DNA from: Candidatus Paceibacter sp.
GTDB lineage: Bacteria; Patescibacteriota; Minisyncoccia; UBA6257; JAGOQP01
Reading direction: 5' to 3'
DNA length: 64,000 nt
NCBI GenBank assembly: GCA_020724905.1
Contig: DYGB01000001.1
Coordinates: forward strand, 65,866 to 129,865
Part shown: positions 20,045-29,077 of the stretch, one piece after another
Position numbering within the stretch: the stretch's first letter is position 1
How the letters are laid out: each line of letters starts with the position of its first letter
Translations under genes and position numbers: made by a program
Notes under the pieces: generated by a model
Told to the model about the DNA's origin: nothing
The model's input: the letters and a program-made list of their open reading frames with translations, nothing else
Databases searched by the model: none

Positions 20045-20961
20045 TTGAAATATATAAAAAAACACTACGAGATACAGAACTCAAAAAAAGAGAGTCATTT
20101 GATAAGGGGTCATGGGTGTTAGTGACAAATCCAGATGATGAAGAAATACAAGTACTCACCGAGGAGTTAGGCCTTGAGAGGGGACATATTCTTGATGCTC
20201 TGGATATTCATGAGTCTCCTCGTTTTGAAGCAGAAAAACATGGTCTTTACATCTTCCTTCGTTTCCCCTACACAGAAGCAGGGATGATTCATACCATGCC
20301 AGCTCTTTTTGTTATCACCGATGATATGCTTATTACTATTGTAAAAGATCAACGACTCCTCTTTGAAGACTTCCTCACAGAAAAGGCGCTTTTCTATACC
20401 ACCCAACGACAAAAAACAGCACTCTTTATGTTTCTTAAAATTAGTCTCCTATACAGACGTCATCTACAAAAGATAAATAAAGAACTTCGTTCAAAGAGAA
20501 ACAAGCTTGAAGAAATTAACGATAACGATATTAAACGATTCGTCCAATGGGAAGAAATATTAAATGACTTTATTACCTCAGTAGTACCTGCAAGTAATAT
20601 CTATCGAACTATTTTGAGTGGAAAATATATTACTTTCTTTAAAGAAGATGAGGATATCATTGAGGACTTGCTTCTCAGTAACGATGAGACCATCGATATC
20701 TGTAAAACAAATATCAAAACTATTGTAAACATTCGAGAAGCCTACTCTACCGTTGTTGCAAATAATCTTAACCGTACGGTAAAGTTCTTAACTGCAATAA
20801 CGATTATTCTGACCCTTCCAACGATGATCGCAAGTATCTATGGTATGAATATAGAATTACCTTTCCAAGGGCATCCCCTTGCCTTTCCTATGGTAATAGG
20901 AATTATCTTTCTTGTTGCTATCATTGCCCTTCTTTTGTTTCAAAAGAAAAAATGGCTCTAA
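20041..20961 (+). CDS. corA: CorA-family magnesium transporter
   Basis: Two C-terminal TMs with YGMN signature; NNLNRTVKFLT. Confidence 0.92.
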   Translation: MIEIYKKTLRDTELKKRESFDKGSWVLVTNPDDEEIQVLTEELGLERGHILDALDIHESPRFEAEKHGLYIFLRFPYTEAGMIHTMPALFVITDDMLITIVKDQRLLFEDFLTEKALFYTTQRQKTALFMFLKISLLYRRHLQKINKELRSKRNKLEEINDNDIKRFVQWEEILNDFITSVVPASNIYRTILSGKYITFFKEDEDIIEDLLLSNDETIDICKTNIKTIVNIREAYSTVVANNLNRTVKFLTAITIILTLPTMIASIYGMNIELPFQGHPLAFPMVIGIIFLVAIIALLLFQKKKWL

Positions 20962-20965
20962 AAAA

Positions 20966-20992
20966 AGACGACTATATACATAATAGTCGTCT
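20966..20992. terminator. Hairpin between convergent corA and DUF5701-like gene
   Basis: agacgactat-atacata-atagtcgtct with a T-run on the minus strand. Confidence 0.7.
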
Positions 20993-21028
20993 GTAGTAAA
21001 ACCAACCGAGGGCCAAGAGCAAAGGGAC

Positions 21029-21178
21029 CTAGTGCCGACCGCGGCACGAGGGAGACCCCCACCCGTCCCCGCCATCCTCGAAGTCGCTCCAGTAGAGCCC
21101 GGGCAACTCATCGCCATGCAGGCAGACATGGGGAACGCCACCCAGATAGCGGGATCCGGTACAGTCGAGATAGTGATC
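21029..21178 (-). other. Putative DGR variable region
   Basis: Hand count over 150 nt of coding strand: 19 A, 97 G+C, no AAN codon, many NNC codons. Confidence 0.6.
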
Positions 21179-21748
21179 ACTCAACACATTGGTATGAAGA
21201 GCAAGAGCAATACATTCCTCTACAACAAGGGGGAGACGATTATCTTTCTGCATTGCTTCTTCTGCTTTTCGAGGTGAATACCCACGGTATACCGTACCGT
21301 CTTCGACATCAAAAATGGCATATGGTTCTGAAGGAGTAGATACAATGTTGTTAATATCACCAACATCAAAATATGCACACCCCTTATTACCTTTGTACAC
21401 CAATGTTTTCATCTGGGCATCAAAACCCCATTGTTGTTTAGGAACAACAATAAGAAAAGGAATGTGATGATCAGGAATATCCATACCAATAGCTGTTCTG
21501 ATCGTTTCGTCTTTCTTTTTTACAATCTGATCAAGTACAGATTGTGGGCAATCAATATGTGAAAGCGTCTCAACCTGTTTGTCCCAGAGCGAAACATACA
21601 ATGCCTCTCGTTCACCCTTTCGTGTTTGTGCTTCTTTCTTTGCTTTTCGAAATACATCAGATACATCAGCAAGAGTACACTGTGTATGAAGATAAATACG
21701 TACAAGTACCTTCTTTAGCTCATCAACATATGTTTTAGGTAATGCCAT
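21029..21748 (-). CDS. DUF5701-like protein; putative diversity-generating retroelement target
   Basis: FLIVVP, PYAIFDVEDG, RLPLVVEECIAL, GSRY, WGSPSC; AAGGAGG RBS; GC-rich, A-poor 3' end. Confidence 0.7.
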   Translation of the reverse strand: MALPKTYVDELKKVLVRIYLHTQCTLADVSDVFRKAKKEAQTRKGEREALYVSLWDKQVETLSHIDCPQSVLDQIVKKKDETIRTAIGMDIPDHHIPFLIVVPKQQWGFDAQMKTLVYKGNKGCAYFDVGDINNIVSTPSEPYAIFDVEDGTVYRGYSPRKAEEAMQKDNRLPLVVEECIALALHTNVLSDHYLDCTGSRYLGGVPHVCLHGDELPGLYWSDFEDGGDGWGSPSCRGRH

Positions 21749-21803
21749 GAGAAACCTCCTTTGGGTTAGTTACTATATAATTATTTATCAAACTTCTGCC
21801 AAC

Positions 21804-21832
21804 AGAATACCATATAGATGTATATATGTCAA
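21804..21832 (-). promoter_or_regulatory. sigma70 promoter TTGACA-17-TATTCT for the DUF5701-like gene
   Basis: + strand agaata 21804-21809 and tgtcaa 21827-21832. Confidence 0.65.
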
Positions 21833-21988
21833 TATAGTTGGGTAATGTGCAAAGACATATGGCACTTTCTAGTATCATTACGCATACCCTAAGAACGCTA
21901 TGTGTGTTTATATATTACCAATTAATCTTTACAGATACACCTCTTTGTTGTATCGTCTAGTTAGCTCATACACAACTAAGGAGGACAC

Positions 21989-22519
21989 ATGCAATTTTTA
22001 AAGGAGGAACTCATTGCTCTACTCAAGGATCTCTTTGCAGGGGTATTGGTAATAGCTATCGTTATTATCGTCTACACAGTCACCGCCATTCCCCTTGATT
22101 TCTTTTCTCACGTCTTTGTATTTGTTTCGGATAACTTCTTTATACAAACAGGGGTAGGAATTGGTATTACTATCCTGATAGGGATAGGAACACGAAAACT
22201 TCCTATGTTTAAGAAGTTTAAGTGGCTCGAAAGAGTTGTCCCAACAAAAGCATTGAAAAAACCTGAAATTCGTATTCCCACAAACGTACCAGGAGTATAT
22301 GATCTTCGCATAGAACTGCGAAGAACAGATACATTCATTGAAACCGGTATTGCATCAGGAAGTCTTATCTCCTATACAATACTGCAAGATAAGATTATCT
22401 ATACAGATAATCCTGAACTCATGGGGATTACTTATACAGGAAGAAACGCCGGGGACGTATTGCGTTCCATGGCAACGATAGGAATTGCAACAGGACAAAA
22501 AAATAAGGCCGACATATAG
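21989..22519 (+). CDS. Membrane protein, possibly divergent DUF502-like
   Basis: Two N-terminal TMs then a soluble domain; GGAGG RBS; family resemblance is weak. Confidence 0.6.
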   Translation: MQFLKEELIALLKDLFAGVLVIAIVIIVYTVTAIPLDFFSHVFVFVSDNFFIQTGVGIGITILIGIGTRKLPMFKKFKWLERVVPTKALKKPEIRIPTNVPGVYDLRIELRRTDTFIETGIASGSLISYTILQDKIIYTDNPELMGITYTGRNAGDVLRSMATIGIATGQKNKADI

Positions 22520-22529
22520 TCGGCCCTTT
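22506..22529. terminator. Bidirectional terminator
   Basis: ggccgac-atata-gtcggcc between convergent genes. Confidence 0.7.
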
Positions 22530-22532
22530 TAT

Positions 22533-24071
22533 TTATAACAATTGATACTGATCAGAAGCGGTACGTCTTTTACGAGAAGTTTGTTTTCGTTTCTCTACAG
22601 GCATACCAAGAGACGCCCTCATTGTCTCAACTCCTCTCCGAGAAGCATGAAACATACTCATATCAAGCGGATGATCCAAGATAATATAATCAATAGCACC
22701 ATATCCAACACGTCCAGTACGACCTCCTCTTTGGATACGAGAAATTTCAGTTAAGGGCATTGAGTAGTTGATGATATACCCAACTTCAGGAACAGAGACT
22801 CCTTCCTCAATTACAGAAGTTGCGATGAGAACATCAATGTCTCTGTGAGCAAGTTGCCCCAAAAGAAAATGTTGTTGCTTCACACTGGTAGCACCAGTAA
22901 TAACTTCAACACGTTTCCCTTCGGCAGTAGCGATGTCCTTAAGTCTGTACCCAGTCACTTTATTATTCACAAATACAATTCCTACAATTCCTGCAACATA
23001 CCCTTTTCTCATTAGGTAAGCAAATCGCTCTACCTTTGGATGTGTGGATTCATCACAGTTCCGTATATAAGAAATAACATGAGCTACAGTAGCATGGTTT
23101 TTGAGAAACATGCCTGATTTTGACCTATCAGCAGCTAACGTTCCATCCCAATATGACAATACTGATGTATATGTTTCAGTAAGGGCTGTTTTGAGAATGT
23201 GGGTAAGTTTTTGATACAGGGCAATGTAGTACTGAGCTTTGTAGTATACATACTTCCCCATCTTCTTTGCTGTCTTTTGAAGTATTGTGATTTCTTTATA
23301 TGTCAGATATCCAGAAGAACGGAAGCATGAACGAAATCCAAGATTCCCCAGACTCACTAAAACTCCACCCATGACAGAAAGAAGTTGTTTTTCGATATAG
23401 AGAAGTTCTTTGCTCAGAGGAACAGTATAGGGATAAGAAAAACGTTTCTTTTCTTGTTCAGGATTAGGAACAACAAGAAGATTATCGATATGAGAACGCT
23501 TCTTGAGTTGCTCTATATCCTCTACCGTTTTCCCAGGAGATGCAGAAAGCCCTAAAAGAGGAATCTCGTGAAGTGATGCAAGATGTTCACAAAATACATA
23601 TGCATAGTTCCCCACACTCTTGTGAAATTCATCAATGATAATGAGATCAAAATCCATTGAAACCTTCCACCGATTATAATCAGCAAGAAATGTTTGTGGA
23701 GTACTAAAAGTGTAAAACGTTTCATTCCACTGACGTCTCTTCCACTCAGTATCTCCAAGAATAATCTGATAGGAGTACGTATCTGCCCCCATCGCTAAAA
23801 AGAGTTCTTTATGTTGAGAAGCAAGTACTTTTTCTGGGACAAGGAAAAGGACACGAGAAAATCGAGCAATTGAAACTAAGTGAGCAATAATCGTCTTTCC
23901 TGCTCCTGTTTCAGCGACAATTCCCACATTTCCCCCATGTAGGCCCTCAAGAACCTTGTAAGACCATTGATACCAAAATGGAAGGTATCGCTTCTGCGTA
24001 GAAGAAAATCCTCCATATGAAAGCCGAGACCACAGTGTCCTATAGACTGATGTGTTATCTAGGTAGTTCAT
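22533..24071 (-). CDS. SF2 DEAH helicase, Hef/Mph1/FANCM (ERCC4-related helicase)-like, with no nuclease domain
   Basis: AETGAGKT, IIDEFHKSVGNYAY, GLSASPG, HPKV, ATSVIEEGVSVP, QRGGRTGR. Confidence 0.85.
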   Translation of the reverse strand: MNYLDNTSVYRTLWSRLSYGGFSSTQKRYLPFWYQWSYKVLEGLHGGNVGIVAETGAGKTIIAHLVSIARFSRVLFLVPEKVLASQHKELFLAMGADTYSYQIILGDTEWKRRQWNETFYTFSTPQTFLADYNRWKVSMDFDLIIIDEFHKSVGNYAYVFCEHLASLHEIPLLGLSASPGKTVEDIEQLKKRSHIDNLLVVPNPEQEKKRFSYPYTVPLSKELLYIEKQLLSVMGGVLVSLGNLGFRSCFRSSGYLTYKEITILQKTAKKMGKYVYYKAQYYIALYQKLTHILKTALTETYTSVLSYWDGTLAADRSKSGMFLKNHATVAHVISYIRNCDESTHPKVERFAYLMRKGYVAGIVGIVFVNNKVTGYRLKDIATAEGKRVEVITGATSVKQQHFLLGQLAHRDIDVLIATSVIEEGVSVPEVGYIINYSMPLTEISRIQRGGRTGRVGYGAIDYIILDHPLDMSMFHASRRGVETMRASLGMPVEKRKQTSRKRRTASDQYQLL

Positions 24072-24111
24072 ACCTATACCTCATATATTGTTATCAAATT
24101 AACTATTTATG

Positions 24112-24173
24112 ATAGTATCTATTTTTGTAAAAGAGGTCAATTGATTGACAGAGGTCATTATTTATAGTATTCT
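24112..24173. promoter_or_regulatory. Divergent promoters (minus TTGACC-17-TACTAT; plus TTGACA-17-TATTCT)
   Basis: Hexamer pairs with 17-bp spacers; AGAGGTCA occurs twice around the -35 elements. Confidence 0.6.
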
Positions 24174-24208
24174 CTTTCCTAGTACTCAACAATTAAAAGG
24201 GAGTTGTT

Positions 24209-24682
24209 ATGAACTTAACATTGTTTGGAAGAAACTCATTTATATTTGCCGTTATGTTTTCCTGCATCGTTATTGCAGGTGGATTATTTCTACCTATGAA
24301 ACATATGCAGGCAGATATGAACTTCCTCACGATAGTAACAATTATTCTTTTTCTTTTTATTATCCCTATCGCATTCTGGAAATTGATGGTGGGACCAAAA
24401 GGAGAAGAGTTTATAATTATTAGTGGACTTTCGACTATCGCAGGGTATGGGATAGTCCAGTTCTTTTCTGCCACAGGAGATCTCTCTCTTGTATCAGGAG
24501 CCATGTGTGTTATTGCACTCATACTTCTTTTTTTAACATCAAGAGGTATTGCAGAACAGAAGGGACACTTCGAAAAAGAAGTTGAACACATCAAGAAATT
24601 CTTCTTCGGGCAGGAAGTTTTCATTATGCTGCTTCAAATAGTTGTTGCCGTTGTATTCCTCTATATATCAGGAGGTCTCTAA
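24209..24682 (+). CDS. Hypothetical membrane protein (about 5 TM)
   Basis: Hydrophobic 157 aa; GGGAG RBS. Confidence 0.7.
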   Translation: MNLTLFGRNSFIFAVMFSCIVIAGGLFLPMKHMQADMNFLTIVTIILFLFIIPIAFWKLMVGPKGEEFIIISGLSTIAGYGIVQFFSATGDLSLVSGAMCVIALILLFLTSRGIAEQKGHFEKEVEHIKKFFFGQEVFIMLLQIVVAVVFLYISGGL

Positions 24683-25152
24683 TGAAATACTTCGCACATG
24701 CATTCCTCCTCTGTGGATACACAGGAGTTTTTGCTCTCGGATCCATCTTAATCTTTCCCATGTTTGGAGGAGATGTGACAGAGTTTTCCATTCTTATGGG
24801 AGAGCTAGCCGGACTTACACTCTGGACCCTCTATCTGGTACGAGAAGCTGATATTGGAACTGAAAAACTTATTGTATATCCACTCATAACATCAGCATAT
24901 GCTGGACTCCTTGTCGCATATAGTTGGCTGCAGTATGGTAAAGCCGCCATGCTATATGAAAGTGCCGGATGGATACTTCTTGCAGGAGCAATCCTACGAC
25001 TCATCTCTATCTGGTGGGGTGGAAGAGATGATACATTTACTCCCCCAGCATTCGTTATTGTTGTATGGGTAATGATATCTGTTGGAGTTTCGACTCTAAC
25101 AGCATACATCCCCCACCTGCTCTATGATGCAGTGACGACACCATTACCATAA
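24682..25152 (+). CDS. Hypothetical membrane protein (about 5 TM)
   Basis: Hydrophobic 156 aa; TAATG coupling and GGAGG RBS. Confidence 0.7.
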   Translation: MKYFAHAFLLCGYTGVFALGSILIFPMFGGDVTEFSILMGELAGLTLWTLYLVREADIGTEKLIVYPLITSAYAGLLVAYSWLQYGKAAMLYESAGWILLAGAILRLISIWWGGRDDTFTPPAFVIVVWVMISVGVSTLTAYIPHLLYDAVTTPLP

Positions 25153-25312
25153 CTGTTCTTTGAAATCATGGGTGAGAGATATATCTGAACGACAATATTC
25201 TCATGCACAGCATGAAATGAGGGAGATAACTTCGGAAAGCTCTCCCTCCTAGGGAATACTGAACACTCTCACAGTGAGAATCTGTATACAATACAGTTTC
25301 TAAAAAGGACTC

Positions 25313-26782
25313 CTACACGGAGTCCTTATTTTTTTGAAATAATTTTCGAGCAATAATGCCAAGGCTCTCTTCCTTAAGAAGAACCAGAGAAGTAAAATAC
25401 ACAACCATACCCAGAACAAGAATGAGATAAATATTTACCCCAACAAATCGAAGCCCCACAAGCACAAGGGCCATGACTGTTGTTGCAATAACAATCTTTC
25501 CTATCTGATGAAATACTTTAAAATCAAGTTCTTTTTTAAGCTGAGCGAGGAGATAAAGAGCAACAATACAGAAATTAATAACTGTTGAAAGCGCTGCTCC
25601 CTCAATACCAAATACAGGAATCAAAAGAAGGTTAAAAAGAAGATTCCCTCCAATACCTAAAAATACATACCCTAGTAACTTCTTTTCTTTATTCATAGAA
25701 AAGAGAGTATTGGAGAACAATGCCATAAGAAAAAGAGGAAGATATGAAAAGTTAAGAATGCGGAATGCTTCAACAGCAGGTATATAACTACTACCATATA
25801 ACAGATCTATAATTTCCCAGGAGAGAATAGCGGCTCCAACAGTGATAGGAACAGCAATAAGAGTAGAAATAGAAAGCCCCTTCTCAACCAATGCTTTTAG
25901 CATTCCTCTGTCCTTATTAAAACGAGTCATAGAGGGGAAGAATGCAACTGCCAAAACACCAGGGAAAATAAATACAAATCCCCAGATTCGCTGAATAGCC
26001 CCATAATATCCTACATCAGCAAGAGTCCCAAACCACTTCACCATAACCGTATCCATATTCATTAATATCACCCACATAAGCCCCACCATTCCAACAGAAA
26101 AACTTGTCTTTAAGATATTTTTCAACAAACTAAATGAGAATAATTCTTTTACCCGAGTAAAATGTTTACGATAGGGAAGAAATGCTATTACCATCCCTAT
26201 TCCTGTCCCAATAACATATCCCCACGCAAGAGAAAGAGGGGTCGCTGAAATTAAAAGGGCTCCTATCCCTATTCCTGCAATAAGAACGTTAGTGATAATC
26301 TGTACACCAGATTCTATATGCATCTTGTCCCATATACGAGACAGAGCAGCAAAGAAATCTCTAAATCCATCAAATCCAAGCATAATAATCACCAGAGGAA
26401 GAAGGATGGCTACCTTCTCTTCAAATACATCTGTAAGAGAAATAATTCCCATACCAAAAGCAATCACAAGAAATATCATTCCTTTCCCAACAAGTGCTGT
26501 TGAGAAATATTTTTCTCTCACTGTTTCATCTTTTACAGATTCCCGAGTAACCGTTGCGGTAATACCAAAATCCATAAAAATAGTAAGAAGCGTTGCAAAA
26601 GAAAATGCATATGAAAACACTCCCCATTCTTCAACGCCCAAAACTCGAGCTGCATAGACAATAAGAACAGCTCGTATCACACGAGAAATAATATGACCAG
26701 AAAACAGCCAAAATGAATTTTTAGCAACTGTTTGCTGTGTAGATGAATTCTTAAAAAGAAAGTTTTTTACCCTCTCAGTCAT
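25313..26782 (-). CDS. Wzx-like polysaccharide flippase
   Basis: 12+ TMs; VAKNSFWL, ARVLG...GVFSYA, DFGI, DTVM, VGYY, GIEGAALST. Confidence 0.9.
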   Translation of the reverse strand: MTERVKNFLFKNSSTQQTVAKNSFWLFSGHIISRVIRAVLIVYAARVLGVEEWGVFSYAFSFATLLTIFMDFGITATVTRESVKDETVREKYFSTALVGKGMIFLVIAFGMGIISLTDVFEEKVAILLPLVIIMLGFDGFRDFFAALSRIWDKMHIESGVQIITNVLIAGIGIGALLISATPLSLAWGYVIGTGIGMVIAFLPYRKHFTRVKELFSFSLLKNILKTSFSVGMVGLMWVILMNMDTVMVKWFGTLADVGYYGAIQRIWGFVFIFPGVLAVAFFPSMTRFNKDRGMLKALVEKGLSISTLIAVPITVGAAILSWEIIDLLYGSSYIPAVEAFRILNFSYLPLFLMALFSNTLFSMNKEKKLLGYVFLGIGGNLLFNLLLIPVFGIEGAALSTVINFCIVALYLLAQLKKELDFKVFHQIGKIVIATTVMALVLVGLRFVGVNIYLILVLGMVVYFTSLVLLKEESLGIIARKLFQKNKDSV

Positions 26783-26823
26783 AGTATGACTCTATCACCC
26801 CCTCTTCATTCAAGCAATATGAT

Positions 26824-27927
26824 TTATCTTTCTAGATATCTTTCAAGCTGAGAAAAGAATAATTCTTTTCTAAATCTTTTCTCTACCTCTATGAGAGCAT
26901 GCTCTGAATACTTCTGGTACATATCCCTATCTTCAAGAAGTGTCCTTATAGCATCAGAAAGGGCACCAGAGTCTTTTGGAGGGACGGTAAGTCCTGTTTT
27001 TCCATCTACACTTACCTCAGGAACTCCCGTAGGAAGAGCTGTGTTAATAACGGGCTTCCCACACGCAAGAGCTTCTATCTGCACAATACCAAATACTTCT
27101 GAGGATTCTGATGAAGGAAGTACAAATATGTCACAGGCATGATAGTAAGGAACAAGATCATCTACAGGATCGATAATATGAACTCGTTCTTCTAGGTTAT
27201 ACTTCCGTATTAATTCAGATAACTCATCTTTAAGGGGTCCATTCCCTATAATCAAAAGTTGCGCATTTACATCTTTCATCGCCTCAATGAGATATGAGAA
27301 TCCTTTGTAGTAAACAAGTCTCCCCACAGAAAGAAGGAGGGGTGTACCATATGTCTTAATAATAGCATTACTCTCCTCTTCTCTTGTAGAATCTTTCCTA
27401 AACGTATCTACATCAATTCCAAAATAAATAACTCTACACTTTTCTACAAACTGAGGAAGTATATATGAGGTCTGTAGTAACGTCTTATTTGAAACAAACA
27501 CATGTGTTGCTTTTTTTAACGTATAGCGAAGAAATGGATCAAATAACTTTCTTAGAAACTTCTGTTTTACAATATCAGAGTGATACCACACCACTACTTC
27601 TTTATCTCTTCCAAAAAGCCAGTATGCAATATAAGTAAGAGGAAAGGGGTGATGGATAAAGATAAGATCAGTTTCCTTTACTAGTTTTCTAAATAGAAAA
27701 AAGAAATCAATTGAAACAGGCATTCCTTTTACTATCCCCATGCTAGAAGCTCGATGGGTGACAACACCATCAACACCATCTTTCTTTCTTTTCCCCTGTG
27801 GCTGACAAACAAGATTAACAAGATCTATATCATCTTTTTTATTAAAATACATAGCTATATCACGAGCTATTGTTTCAATTCCTCCTATCCAAGGATAATA
27901 GAGTTTATTTATTTGAAGAATTTTCAT
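26824..27927 (-). CDS. Glycosyltransferase family 4
   Basis: KLYYPWIGGIE, VGRLVYYKG, FVLPS...EVFGIVQIEALACGKPV. Confidence 0.92.
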   Translation of the reverse strand: MKILQINKLYYPWIGGIETIARDIAMYFNKKDDIDLVNLVCQPQGKRKKDGVDGVVTHRASSMGIVKGMPVSIDFFFLFRKLVKETDLIFIHHPFPLTYIAYWLFGRDKEVVVWYHSDIVKQKFLRKLFDPFLRYTLKKATHVFVSNKTLLQTSYILPQFVEKCRVIYFGIDVDTFRKDSTREEESNAIIKTYGTPLLLSVGRLVYYKGFSYLIEAMKDVNAQLLIIGNGPLKDELSELIRKYNLEERVHIIDPVDDLVPYYHACDIFVLPSSESSEVFGIVQIEALACGKPVINTALPTGVPEVSVDGKTGLTVPPKDSGALSDAIRTLLEDRDMYQKYSEHALIEVEKRFRKELFFSQLERYLER

Positions 27928-29077
27928 GTATCTTCTTTATTATATCATCTACCGTATTACTCCTTATATCACAAATAATAACATGAGAAACGAGAGGAAT
28001 CATCGATTTAAAACGTACTAGTCCTCTTTTTGAATATGTTGGAAGATAAAAATTCTTGCAATCAATAAGACAATAGGTCTGTTTCTTTAGTATTATAGAA
28101 AGATGGGTGGGAAAAGATTCTATACCAATAACATACTGAGCATCTAGTAGTAGTCGTGCCAACTCTGGTATCGATAACTGCGTAAGAACAGAAACAGTAT
28201 TAATATCATGTGCAATCATGTTGAGCTTCTCCTCTTGATTCTTCACGCCAGCAAGATATACATGAATTCCACTCTTTGAAATTTCTTTTACTAGAGCTCT
28301 CCATTTATCTATACCCCATCCCCGATTGTTCCCAAATGTTGTAGGGGTAATGACAATATATGTGTCAACAATAGTGCCTACTGATTCAGCAATATTGAAA
28401 AAATGTGAACCCAACACTTCCTTTTTTATTCCCAAAGGAAGTAAAAGTTTATGTAAGTTTTTCCACTCTTCATTATATATATCATAGGGAACAGTTATAT
28501 CTGCCAAAAAATTTCTTTGGGACACATCAAAAGAAATTAAGACTTCAGGTTTAATAAGTTTCCATAAAATATTAGAACTTGGTGGTGAATGACGCGTATT
28601 AATAACAACATCATATTCATTATTTCTAAGAGTCTTTAATGTCCCAATATTTTCCTTAAAAATTTCCCACATTGATGTGTGTAGCTTTTTTCTCCCAGAA
28701 AGAAGCGCTCTAAGCAACAGGGAAATATCATAATACGTATATATACTACTCACACCTTTATTACCCTTTAGTACGGGGAGGGAAGATTCTTGAACAACAT
28801 AATCAATTACTGCATCTGGATATTTCTTTTTTATCGCAGTAATAAGAGTTGTTGATAATAGAACATCCCCTAATTGGTCTATCTTTACAATAAGAATCCT
28901 CTTGGGTTCTTGTTTTAAAGATTTCCCCTTCTCGAAAAGAAAAAATATAGAAAAGATAATATCAAGCAACACACTCACTAGATAATAAATGGCCTTCAAA
29001 AAACCCAGAAAACCACCTTTTAAATAAGATACCCAAAGTATAAACCAATTTTTAACTCTATTTTTGAGGTGCTCCAT
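27905..29077 (-). CDS. Glycosyltransferase family 9 (heptosyltransferase-like)
   Basis: RILIVKIDQLGDVLLST...IKKKYPDAVID; IGIESFPTHLS. Confidence 0.82.
   Translation of the reverse strand: MEHLKNRVKNWFILWVSYLKGGFLGFLKAIYYLVSVLLDIIFSIFFLFEKGKSLKQEPKRILIVKIDQLGDVLLSTTLITAIKKKYPDAVIDYVVQESSLPVLKGNKGVSSIYTYYDISLLLRALLSGRKKLHTSMWEIFKENIGTLKTLRNNEYDVVINTRHSPPSSNILWKLIKPEVLISFDVSQRNFLADITVPYDIYNEEWKNLHKLLLPLGIKKEVLGSHFFNIAESVGTIVDTYIVITPTTFGNNRGWGIDKWRALVKEISKSGIHVYLAGVKNQEEKLNMIAHDINTVSVLTQLSIPELARLLLDAQYVIGIESFPTHLSIILKKQTYCLIDCKNFYLPTYSKRGLVRFKSMIPLVSHVIICDIRSNTVDDIIKKIHENSSNK

Noticed and set aside
25184..25240. Hammerhead ribozyme core (CTGAACGA...GAAA)
   Set aside because: Does not match CUGANGA spacing, and I could not build the three-stem junction
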